Part shown: positions 54,801 through 64,000 of the stretch, piece by piece
Layout: every line of letters starts with the position of its first letter
Position numbering within the stretch: the stretch's first letter is position 1
Assembly: GCA_002633005.1 (NCBI GenBank)
Contig: NMRA01000051.1
Span: forward strand, 196,478 to 260,477
Source of the DNA: Phoronis australis
Lineage: Eukaryota > Animalia > Phoronida
Reading direction: 5' to 3'
Length of the DNA: 64,000 bases
Program-made: the position numbers and the translations under genes
Notes under the pieces: model-generated
What the model was told of the DNA's origin: nothing
Database searches by the model: none
What the model saw: the letters and a program-made list of their open reading frames with translations, nothing else

Positions 54801-55181
54801 CTTATAATATCAAAGCATTGCTGCCATTTTCATTAAAAAGCACAAACACAACTTGTAACGTTCTTGACACAAACGTTGTTTTCAGAACCATAGGACACCA
54901 GTATGGTCACGGACAACCATCATTCTTACCTCTACAGCCATCGTGATCATAAAAACAACTTCCCACTTAGATTACATTATTAACAGCATCTCTTCTAAAA
55001 AGCACCCTTAATTGTAAAACTATTAACTACTCTCCAGATCAAAACGTTTCCTGCGAGAACGCTGATTTGTTTCATTCACATTAAACACAAAACTTATGTT
55101 AAAGCCAAAGCTAAAATGTAATTACTGACCTCTTAATGGTGCCAGCAACAAGAGTGCACACCACAATGACAGAAGAGACAT
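17613..55181 (-). CDS. Secreted or surface mosaic lectin-like protein: signal peptide, CTLD, Ig, F-type lectin, CCP/sushi x2; 3' end uncertain
   Basis: Phase-compatible GT-AG exons: 55181-55130, 54585-54420, 48438-48206, 46881-46751, 42528-42423, 39285-39199, 29909-29697, 28985-28767, 25543-25358, 17798-17613, joining into one open frame. Joining the Ig exon to the F-lectin and sushi exons is inferred from phase, not observed. Confidence 0.7.
18317..19516. repeat. Near-identical direct duplication around a single N (probable haplotype duplication)
   Basis: 18317-18852 matches 18981-19516 apart from isolated SNPs; N at 18980. Confidence 0.9.
21820..21899 (-). pseudogene. Truncated sushi exon
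   Basis: ttttccag| MTCTVPTSEFSPRNTENITVSVNTTVR then unrelated sequence. Confidence 0.7.
23828..24517 (-). mobile_element. 5'-truncated L1/Tx1-like LINE with poly-A tail and TSD
   Basis: Minus strand HMFYSCVCVKRFWNSL...HAQHYIY (ORF2 C-terminus), aataaa then poly-A; TSD gtctgtacttt (23817) / gtctggacttt (24518); empty paralogous site near 24975. Confidence 0.8.
25358..25543 (-). CDS. CCP/sushi domain exon (intact)
   Basis: 186 nt, phase 1-1: LGCTVPTPEFNIPNTTNTFVNVNSAVRFTCDAGYELPDHNTTLYSVCIEHESWSMNVTNCS; four Cys and Trp. Confidence 0.85.
28575..28730 (-). pseudogene. Frameshifted partial copy of F-lectin exon 2
   Basis: LCRHYSGAIA / NCDKAVYGKYLYIRIRGAGILT / EVEVYGPEVA with frameshifts; 5' end missing. 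Confidence 0.8.
28767..28985 (-). CDS. F-type lectin domain exon 2
   Basis: ERLSNFDIRVSNSS...LCHRY...CDKAVYGRYLYIRLLGKEALTLCEVEVYGPKVS |gtaatt. Confidence 0.92.
29697..29909 (-). CDS. F-type (fucolectin) domain exon 1
   Basis: GSNVALGKFANQSSTYDNAEASFAVDGNKESIYSKRSCSHTDDEDKPWWRVDLANIFAVNFVNVTNRDQF; NVALGK, AVDGN, CSHT, PWWRVDL. Confidence 0.92.
30030..30120. repeat. (CA)n/(GCAC)n microsatellite
   Basis: Direct inspection. Confidence 0.85.
30170..30207 (-). pseudogene. Truncated sushi exon start
   Basis: ttttccag| MTCTVPTSEFS, nearly identical to the 21899 copy, then diverges. Confidence 0.65.
31449..31634 (-). pseudogene. Sushi exon with in-frame stop
   Basis: Paralog of 25358-25543 with VNVN*TVRFTCDAGY (TAA near 31561) and last Cys changed to Phe; splice sites intact. 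Confidence 0.85.
32785..32813 (-). pseudogene. Truncated sushi exon start
   Basis: ttcag| LGCTVPTNSF then unrelated sequence; upstream intron is paralogous to 25545-26300. Confidence 0.6.
34477..34578 (-). pseudogene. Frameshifted remnant of F-lectin exon 2
   Basis: AVYGR / YLYIQLCGSGEGILTLCEVEVYGLKAS |gtaatt; 5' half absent. Confidence 0.8.
35025..37515 (-). mobile_element. Degenerate L1/Tx1-like LINE ORF2 (RT and C-terminal zinc knuckle), 5'-truncated
   Basis: KNWRPISLLNISYKLL, DFEKAFDSL, GCRQGDPLSPYLFIL, QYADD (~36877-36891), WGKRNLTLFGRITVVKS, CTFC...HVFWSC; several stops and frameshifts; internal (TA)n at ~35250-35312. Confidence 0.92.
37520..38478 (-). mobile_element. Helentron-type element, same family as 9696-11466, reverse orientation
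   Basis: Reverse complement begins ttatgcgccatatatttatatgtggg...gccgtcatctctg...gcggcgtccg, matching 9700-9780; shares cctagtggc and ttttcggatgg cores. Confidence 0.75.
39199..39285 (-). CDS. Ig-like domain exon 3
   Basis: tgtag| LQVKTSGTYRCYATNINLKSPEVHLNVQ |gtaagt; F-strand SGTYRC. Confidence 0.8.
42423..42528 (-). CDS. Ig-like domain exon 2
   Basis: ttgcag| DNTNDFHQLGTTSGRSVGSGSMDGNNMCTVLFNLT |gtgac; phases 0 and 1 fit both neighbours. Confidence 0.65.
43890..45150 (+). mobile_element. Decayed Gypsy/Ty3 pol fragment (protease, RT, integrase)
   Basis: FKTGSGANVSVI; VRICVDLTKL, HILGQLTGTKIISNLVVNSGFWQM, PFGFYHFNRL; GPQYVSFEFKRFAKEHG, VERAVETVKRLL, AYRSTPLANGFSPAEL; heavily deleted, no LTR pair found. 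Confidence 0.85.
46751..46881 (-). CDS. Ig-like domain exon 1
   Basis: ttccag| LLKEKGKEQKAEIAKWKYENITFECTVRATQCAKFNIYFEKRQ |gtaagg; B-strand ITFEC. Confidence 0.75.
48206..48438 (-). CDS. C-type lectin-like domain, C-terminal exon (divergent)
   Basis: Phase-2 acceptor ttatttgaaag| QRGQRYLTGLVRL...ATKQKYVCKKPPR |gtaagt; YLTGL matches the WIGL position and YVCKK the FICK position. Confidence 0.75.
48773..49062. repeat. (CA)n microsatellite spanning an assembly gap
   Basis: Direct inspection; N run at 48850-48950. Confidence 0.95.
50504..53426. mobile_element. TIR-bounded non-autonomous DNA element filled with a 22-bp palindromic repeat
   Basis: Left ta|cccatacggaaacattcaataggat, right atcctattggaatttttcgtaagag|ta; internal arrays of gaacttcctataggatcctatt, densest at 51820-52745. 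Confidence 0.65.
54420..54585 (-). CDS. C-type lectin-like domain, N-terminal exon
   Basis: ttttcccag| SEVCEDEWRLQGVHCYWLGNSTKSFSDATKNCIILDAALWYFCSETDLTEPFPL |gtaagt; long-form CTLD C-x3-W-x6-CY pattern. Confidence 0.85.
55130..55181 (-). CDS. Signal peptide exon
   Basis: ATG MSLLSLWCALLLLAPLR(G) |gtcagt; hydrophobic core, phase 1. Confidence 0.75.
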
Positions 55182-56914
55182 TCTGTTCGTGAAAAAGAAT
55201 TTACCATACACGGAAATTGTCTGGTCTTGTCATGAACAGGAAGAAATAACGACCAGTATTAACAACAGTGCTTGAAGTCACTTTGATTTTTAATATGCCA
55301 CTATCATCTTAAATAGAAATCATCGACAGCGCTCTGAATAAATTAACCAATGAGCACAGACGCAAGTGATCAGACATTATAACCGCATTCTTTCAACGAC
55401 ATCGTTTTAACAATGACTTAAAACGACTAATTTTCATACATCTACGATTTCTACGTCACGATTGTTCTTTAATTTTCTGTACAGATTTTAACTAGTTTGG
55501 TACGATTCACCCTGATTCGTTAAAAGTAAGGCACACAAGTATCGGAAAAGCAGAATATCGGTTATGAGTGAAATGCTATTGAGTGAATAAACAAACAATG
55601 TTAACGCTATAAAGGAACTGTAATATATGTACGCCCACGTACATCAGCAGAAATATTAGTTATGGGCTCTCTTTCACAAATTTGCCAAGTCGAACTCAGA
55701 ATTTGTTTGGCGACCTGGTGAAAATCACAGACTGTTTTCGAGTTGCAACCCAATCATAAAAGCAAGGTAGATAAGAATTCATTTGTATTTCTCCAAAATA
55801 CCATACGCTTGGCTCACAATTAAATGTTTTATTTATTTTGTGAAATCATTACAACCAGCGTCAGCACAAATCCAAGCTCGCTACCTAAAATCAACAGTAA
55901 GCAAACAGACAAGAGTAGGAATTGTTTAGCAACAAACTGCCAGGGCACGACCGTGGAGCTTGGATAAGCAATGAGCCCTTATCATCTGCTTTAAGTTAGG
56001 GTGGGGTGGTGGTGGCGGGGAGGGGTGAAGTGGCGGTGGTCCCTCTCGCTCATTTTATTCCACCATGTTTCACCGAAAGAACTAAAACAACACGGCACAT
56101 TGACTGCTGTTATTTACATCGAAATGTTTCCGTTGTCTTGGAGGTCAGGTGGCTATTGAATAAAATTTATATTTCATTCTGTTTTGTGTAGCCCACGTTA
56201 CAGAGCATTAAAAAGAAATTTGTTCATTCACTTCATTCATTTCTTTATTCATAAGCTCATTCGTGCAGATGTCCAACTTGAACCAGATAACATAATCATT
56301 ATTGTTAGGTTGTATCTTCATCTGCCATGTGCATTTAGGTTTGTACCTCTGTTCCCAGTCACTATATTCCTTGTCCCTGTGTTCCCCAACTGGTGTCCTC
56401 TGGTCCATATATTCCCCTGCACCTATTTTGGTGACCCAATGCTCCGCCGTCCCAATGTTTCCGTAACTGGCTCTATATTGTCTCCTGTAGATGTTCCCCC
56501 GGCCTATGTTTCTCCTCCCCGATGCTCTCCCAACATACCTATAGAGAATTGTCCATACATGTAAGGAATCAACTTCTTTGTTTTGATTATCTTATTGTAT
56601 ATTGCTAATTAAAGTTGAAGATCCCAGGATTGAAAAGCAGGTGAGGATCCCGGCCAGATCGAGGAGTATCTCCTCGAGAAAAATTGCATGCTGATATTAA
56701 CCACTTCTATTGCTTTCAACGGCGCAATTATCGAGCTGTAGGCACTTCTCGGTATTGCTGTAGTTCAATTTACATGCACATGTAGCAATCGTTATCACAA
56801 AGTCAAATATGAACTATAGGAGATGAAACTGGAATTGCCTGTCATCTTTTATAAATTGCTTTATTTAATTTTCCATTAGCATCATAATTTAATGCCCCAC
56901 TTTTAAGAGGCAAA

Positions 56915-57260
56915 AACAAACATGCGGCATATATAATGCATTTTTTTCCGTGAAAGTTATTTTTTACCGTTTTGAACATGTCTAGTCTCATGCCCTTCAG
57001 GCCCACCAAATGTCAGCCTTTAAACGAGAAAAATATTCATCAGTGGGGGAACATCGGTAACATGCAAGCACAAACATGCAGCATATATAATGCATTATTT
57101 CTATGAAAGTTTTTGTTACTGTTTTGGAGAACATTCTTAGGCACCAAACTGTCACCCTTTAAACGTCTAAATTATTAAATGAGTGGTACAACATCTGTAA
57201 CAGGCAAGTACACTAGGCATATATAATGCTTTTTTTCCATGAAATTTTTTTGTTACCATG
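56915..57260. repeat. ~150-bp degenerate tandem repeat, about 2.3 copies
   Basis: gcatatataatgc...tgaaa recurs at ~56925, ~57080 and ~57217. Confidence 0.7.
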
Positions 57261-60200
57261 TTCCCACACTGTATTATAATTTATGCATTTGAAGGGTGAC
57301 ATTTTGGAGCACGATGCAGTATTGGCTCATTCGCTACATTAGCAAAGCAGACGTGCATATTAGCAATCGACGTATCGGTTTATTGTCTCTAATCTAATTT
57401 CTTTGTTCCACAATATTTAATTTCGGTTTAGATACATGCGCATCCATGTGTTGCTGACGTTATTTTTTCTCTACCTAGGTCAAGATGTTTTTACACTGAA
57501 ACACTTTCTGAAAGGGATTTTCCAACAGTACCTTGGGCAATTGCCCAAAGCCAGCTAAAATATGACCAGGTCTTTCGACTCATATTTCATAAGATTCTAT
57601 TTGGATGTAACATATACCAAGGAAGCTGAGAAAGAAATGTGATCAGTGTCTTCGTCGTAGTAAAAAACAACCCCAAGGCCATTTGGTAATAAAATGAATA
57701 CTTCCATAATTTGTGCGCCGTTTCACATGAAAGCTTTACATTGGATGAAACAGTCAAGATCTTGAGTCTAGAAATAATATCACTTCAGTAGCTGTATCAA
57801 GTACATTTTGCAATTGTTGTAATTGTCGATACATTTATGTGACTGTTCAAAGTCAGAGCATACTTTGTTTTTTGTTATCTATCCTATGTTTAAGGGTTTC
57901 GGCCTTTGAACCACTTTTGCTACGACTTTGCTTTATCAAATTTTAGTTCACACAATCACGGTAAGCTAGATGCGGTCATTTAACTCCAAGGCAAGACGAG
58001 GGTTCCGTTCCAAAGATCATATTTTTGTGAGATATCGCAATGAGTGACCACTCTAGCTCTACTCGCCACATGTCTTCCCCCTACATGGCGCAACCAAGGT
58101 AAACTACTTTGAAGGCACTCGTTTCATACTTGGACAAAACAAGAATGACATTGTATTTCTGTTAAAATGCGAAAGACAAGATCATTTGGAGAGAAGAGAC
58201 GTTGATGCAAAATGGATCGTGGAGAATTGAAGCAGAAGAAAACATTAAGTGCGGATATACCTTACTCACACAAATCAACTTTTGTCTGTCCGCAAAATTG
58301 TCATGCTCTATTGCTTTTGCTGCCGTTTTTTACACAAGAATTCCTTGGCTTAGTACGCACGGATCAGACAACGCTGTAAACTACAAGTTTGATTGCTCAT
58401 GTACATGAATAGTAAATGGATTGTATCCTTTAAAAATGGCCAAATTTGGCAAACATGGGAATAGTCTTTGTTATCTCAGAAATGGCTGATCAGACTTATA
58501 TGAAACTTTTAGTTACTATGTTTTACACACTGTTCTCCAGTTCGCTGCTAAAAATTGTTTTTAAAGGTGGTCACTTTTACAAGAGGAACTATCAAAATAT
58601 GACTTGAAATTGTTTATGAAACAAATCAAATGTTGCATAAAACGAAAACAAACTGGTTATTTAGAAAATTGTAACAACGTTTTTGAGATTTCATCTTGAA
58701 TATTTATATCGACGAAATTTGGTCATGTTATTGAAACCGCTGTTTCACTAGGGACGTACAGGTACCTTTCTTTTTTGCTAACATTTACTAAAGACCTACG
58801 TAACATTCTACAGGTTCTTTACTTTCACAAAAAATATACTTTTATTGAATTCAAATATAAAGTTTTGTAGAAATTTCTTCAAAAAGACACCAAGTCGACA
58901 AAGTCAAACATTACCTTTAAAAACACCAGAGAATCCGGCGCAATAATAGCTACAGGAGGGAATGAGACTGGCGCCATCAGGATGATAGCTGACCGTCAGA
59001 TCAGGATAGAGGTCGACAAAATGAATAAGATGGGCTCAAAGCAAGATGCACTGATGTGAAGCTGAATGCAACAAAATTTTTAGTTTTACAGGTTTTAAAA
59101 TCTAGTACAGTTATCTGAATCTGAATGAGGGTGTCTTCCCAAGTACACATCTTAAATGATTGTGTGATCCCTTAAAACACGAACAAATTGCCGGGAATAC
59201 AGAGCTACTCAGTATACGTATTACATTTAAATATTCACAACAACATGGTGACCTATCAAACTACTCGCTGAATTTTAAAATCTCAATATATTTATAATGT
59301 GGTTGCATATTTCAGTCCTACCTTTTAGGTTGTCCACTGCTGGCTCTCTGCTAAAGGTTTTAGGAATCTTTATGGTATTTTGAAAGTGAGTATAATTTTC
59401 GACGAGGTTGATTTCTGGGATCCATAATTGATAGGTACGTGTAGTAGAAAAGATTAGATGGCTGGCTAGAAGAGGCCGAGATCAGTGACATCTATTTCTG
59501 CGGAAAGGAGACGCGCAAATGGTGGAGGGAGCTATTTCAAGGTCCGAACTATTACATGAAGTTCAAGAACACCACTCCGTTTACTGAGAAGTTTTGTCAC
59601 GTGAACGTCTTTTCCTGTTTATTGATTGTCGCGGTGTAAAGATCCACAATACTTTCTGTTCATACATTTTGATTTCTTCATTGCTTTATGTAGTCACATG
59701 AGTTTATTCTGCTGTAAAAAGAAAGAAAAATATACAAAATATTTTTTACTTTTAATCGTTGTTACCGTAAACATTGGAATTTACTTTTCCGATCACGCCC
59801 AACGGGGAAGCTTCAGGCACTGGCAAAATGGTCTACAGATACAACGTAATCATTTGACAGGCATCATGGGGTACACTTTTTAAAAATCCCAGTTAAACAT
59901 ATTTGAGAACGACCAAGGTCATTGCATTTAATAATTACATCCTCTAGCATTTTACACATTACAAGCTCTCACTATAACAACCATAACATCTCACTATACC
60001 GCCAACGTTTGTAGCAGGAGTATTGTTCTGTAAAGAATATTCCACCTGCAAACGTTTAAATGCAGGCGCAAGGGACGTAATCTGGATGCTCATGTTCAAA
60101 TAAATGGAAGTGTGACGTTTTATACATGGAGGCATTTTTAACGTTCGTGCCATTTATATTAGAATTATTTAACAAAGCAGCTTTATGGGTGCATACAAAT

Positions 60201-60553
60201 CCAGAAAATCCATATCATAATTTGCAATCATGATTCTTTTCGTTTGACCGCTCTAGCAGACATTGGCAACAGTTGTTAGGGTTAAAACGTATTGTCGTTA
60301 AACTAACTACACAACGACTTCATAAACTGTACTCAAACCCGTTGAAAGGCAAAAGTTATAATTTTTCTAGTTACATGCTGCATTCTGATATAGTGTAATT
60401 TAGGAACTGATCTGAGTAACACTATTTTATGAGCGCAGAGCTGGCTGTGAGAGTCTAGCCGTGTTTTGTAATCTGTCGAGGGACCAAGTCGCCACCCGGG
60501 CCTACACAATCACCACCACTTTCACTGATGTCCCATACCCAACATCCAGCTGA

Positions 60554-61120
60554 GGCTTCCTCGCTTCACTTATCGCATAACTCGTCTATATGCACAAGTC
60601 TTTCCTTTGGTCTTAATTACAAAGCCATTCTTCTTCTCAAGTCGTCTCTTTGACAAGTTTTGGCTTTTGTCACGATCCTAAATGTAACAAGTTTAGGAAG
60701 ACAGTGTGTATGGTATGACGAGTCGTGGCAATTAACCGTCTATTGTAAAAACTTATTTTCTGTGGTGAGCAATTGTAGTGTTTTGTAATCTGCTCTACAT
60801 GTTTGACTGTGATTATTATTAATTCAAGGGCTCTGCCACTTTTTAGCTCAATGAGCTAAATAAACCTCATTTATCTCATTGGTTAGCTTATCAAGGTCGG
60901 TCTCTGTCAATTGGTTTGGTGATAAGTGAATTGATGTGCAGATAGAGTGCTTTTATATTACAGATCCATTCGTTAAAGAAGCAATTAGAATCATTGGATC
61001 ATGCTACAGAGCTCAGGTCCATCATATTTAAAAGAACTCTGCTAATTTTGTCCCGTCAACAGAGACAAACTACCTTACGATTCAGCTCTCTCAAACCAAA
61101 TGAAATAATTTTCCGTTACC
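60554..61120 (+). repeat. Interspersed repeat; paralog of 13870-14420
   Basis: Colinear diverged match. Confidence 0.85.
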
Positions 61121-62565
61121 CTCGTCATGTAATAATCTATATTTATCCTATACGCGTGATAGTATGGCCATGAAACACGGGTCGTATTGTGAGATTTGAT
61201 ATAGAAGAACTACTTTTCCATGTTGAATACGGATGCCTTCTTTCTCGCTTAAATTCCTCCCGAGCACACAATACACTACAATTGGTAGAAATATGATTAT
61301 ATATATAGCTCCGAGCGCAATATTTTCACATGCCAATACTATGATATGAGTTCTGAAAATTAAACAAAAAATGACAATATTTCTTAATATACCGTAAAAC
61401 TTTGCACCTGAGTAGAACACTTAAATTACAAAAAGTCTCGAACTTGCCACAGTATATTTGGGTTTAGGAAAGCAATATACTTTACCAATGCATGCCTCCT
61501 TTCGGTCCCCTATTGCACTACACAAGATAAGGTTCTTTACGGTCAAATATGAGTCAATTTTTAAATTCGTTCTCAAAACAATCAAAATACTTTGAGCCCA
61601 AAAGCAAAACTGCAACTTCTGTAAACACTGTATTTTTGTCAATCTTATGATAAATTTCGGAATAGTTTCTACCTAAAAATGATAAGAACCGCGCGCAAGA
61701 AGCATTTTTAAGAAGCGTCTGAACGTGCATCAGCCACAACGTGTGGGGTCCTGCATAGATATTACTCAACGAAGTCAAGAAAAATCGTCAGAAATGTAAG
61801 CAAACTTTAACTTAGTAATAGATTTAGCTCTGACGAAAACACCAAAATACACCCCAAGCCTGTACTTTCTGTAAAATACAAGTTGACTGCCGTGTCATGC
61901 AGGCTGCAAAAAATTCATTCATAAAAATTTTGTGTGCACGTATACGTGTCAGGCGATCTGCGATTATCATTGATAAAAGATGACAAACGACACCAGAACA
62001 AGTGGATCAATTTGTGTAAACCCGCTTCTTTAAAGAAATTGGTTCACGGCTATTTAGTTGTAGTTAATATGTGTACACACGTGTTGACGGTTAATAAAGT
62101 TTTGTTATAAACCACATTTCTTTTTTATTTCATTCCCCATATTATTCATTTAAAACACGCTCGCACTTCTCCACAAAATTTTGAGAACAGAAAATTTTGA
62201 ACTTCGGCTATCTTCGGAAACACGTCACATCAGGAGCACATCAGGATTTCCTGATCCGATCACTGCAGAGTCTGTCCATTGGTTTGTACTCTGGCTGGGA
62301 CTATCTGGCACAAATGGAGTCTTTGTGTTTGTTAGAATGGTTTATTATGCAATTTTTGCCCATTAATTCTCTGAAATGTGACACATAAGCACATGGCCTT
62401 GTGTGTTACCATAAACATTTTATAGTAGTTAGTGGGGAGTGACCTGATCATTGCAGAGTCAGCCAGACTGACTCCACAGTGTCCATTGCTGTGTGCCAAG
62501 AGGAGTACTTCTTCACATGTAGACGAATTTTTTAGATTTAAACTGGAGTAAATATTTGAAGATAA

Positions 62566-62745
62566 ATGCCTGACCGTTGTGTAGTTGGAGGCTGTGGCAA
62601 TACGCCAAGGGCTGGGGTGTCTTTGCAAAAGTTTCCCACTGATCCAAGACTGCGTCGCAAGTGAGAATACATTGCGAAGTCCACGAGTGGAGCGTCGCAA
62701 TATTTGGTAGTATGTAGCGAACATTTTCTATGGACTGCTTCTAGA
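62566..62745 (+). pseudogene. THAP zinc-finger remnant, probably from a DNA transposon
   Basis: MPDRCVVGGCGNTPRAGVSLQKFPTDPRLRRK*...YLVVCSEHF; C2CH pattern, conserved Trp codon is TGA at 62662, frameshift after HF. Confidence 0.8.
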
Positions 62746-64000
62746 ACGACTCCCTGTGATCCGAGTATGGTTGTAAACCAGGATGAGTGAACTTTTAGAG
62801 AGTATTCAAAACGATACGATTTCCAGAAGCTAGTGGGCCTTGAGCTAGTATTAACAACCTAACATTTAAAACGGCGGATAGCATCGACGGACACTGTCGG
62901 ACAGGATTAGTGCTAGAAGTAACCAGTAGACATGCCGATAAGTGTTTGTAGGTGGATGTGCTGAATAGCTTGATGCTCGTTACCTGTCGTTGCAATCCAT
63001 ATTGAATTTTAGTCTAGTCGATCGCTAGCTGAACTAAATGAACAGTAAGTGTAACATTTTTGATGAAAAATGTTAGAATTATGTAACGATTTATTATCAA
63101 TCGATGATGAAATTTAGGAACAAACGTGTTAATTAATAACAGTTAACTATTTTGAAAGTCACAAATATTCTAGAACAGGACTTGTTATTGTAAACAACTT
63201 GTTGTGGTAAACTTGAGCATTGCGCAATTTCTTCAGAAAAGCTTTAGTTCTGTTAAGTTCTCAGTGCAGTTCTGACAAACAGGATATGATCATCAAAACA
63301 TGTTTTGGAGTGGTCAGTTTTAGGTGGGTTGATTCTAAGAAACACCCACACCGATGTACTTATGCCTTGACCAGTGTCCATGTGATGTTTAGTCATATCT
63401 TAGAGTATAAATATTTCTGGAGCAAACATAAGCGTCATTCTCAAAAGAAAAAGTTAGGAGACGAGGAAGCTCAGTAACTTTGGAGAATCAAGTATTTTAG
63501 GCAGATCACCGAGTCTGTAGAGTTTCAAGGAGTGTATTCAGTCACTGACAAGGATCATACTGATACACAAAACAAGAATTGGATGTTCATGCGTGGATAA
63601 GATCAAAGGGAGCAATTTCTGTAAGTCTCATTAGAGTTTATGAGCTATGAAATATTCTAAGATATACTACGTTTTAAGATAAATGTTGGTTTGTAAAATG
63701 TGATTTAAAGTTCATATACCGATTCACTTAGACTTGAATAATTTTGACTAGTTTCTTAGAGTGACTATTGTTAACAGTTTAATTTAGATTCGGTTTTATA
63801 TAATATTGTCATGTATTTAGAGTATTTTGTGTATTTTCATAGATTTACAGTTCTCACACGGTTCTCACAAGGATTCAAAGTTTTCACTGAGGTTCCAAGT
63901 GGAATTAGTAAATAAAATCATCTCGTCAAACTCGGACTTTGATGTTGTCTGTCCAACGCAGAACATTACAGTAAGAGTAGGGCTGTCCAGCCGATCTTTT

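Overview
AT-rich animal (probably invertebrate, lophotrochozoan-like) genomic DNA with spliced genes, so the ORF track is mostly noise. The + strand (549-12664) holds the last 12 coding exons of a kinesin-13 (KIF2A-like) gene. The - strand (55181 down to ~17300) holds a large, convergently transcribed mosaic gene that I reconstructed by hand from GT-AG sites and intron phases: signal peptide, divergent C-type lectin domain, Ig domain, F-type (fucose) lectin domain, then CCP/sushi domains. Its 3' half lies in a locally duplicated region (~17-34.6 kb) with intact, truncated, stop-containing and frameshifted sushi and F-lectin exon copies. Introns contain many repeats: Helentron-type non-autonomous elements, a Tourist/Harbinger MITE, two L1/Tx1-like LINE fragments (one with poly-A and TSD), a decayed Gypsy pol, a TIR-bounded 22-bp palindromic satellite, SINE heads and a dead THAP domain. 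At least one apparent duplication (18.3-21.1 kb) looks like two uncollapsed haplotypes. All calls are by eye; no searches were run.
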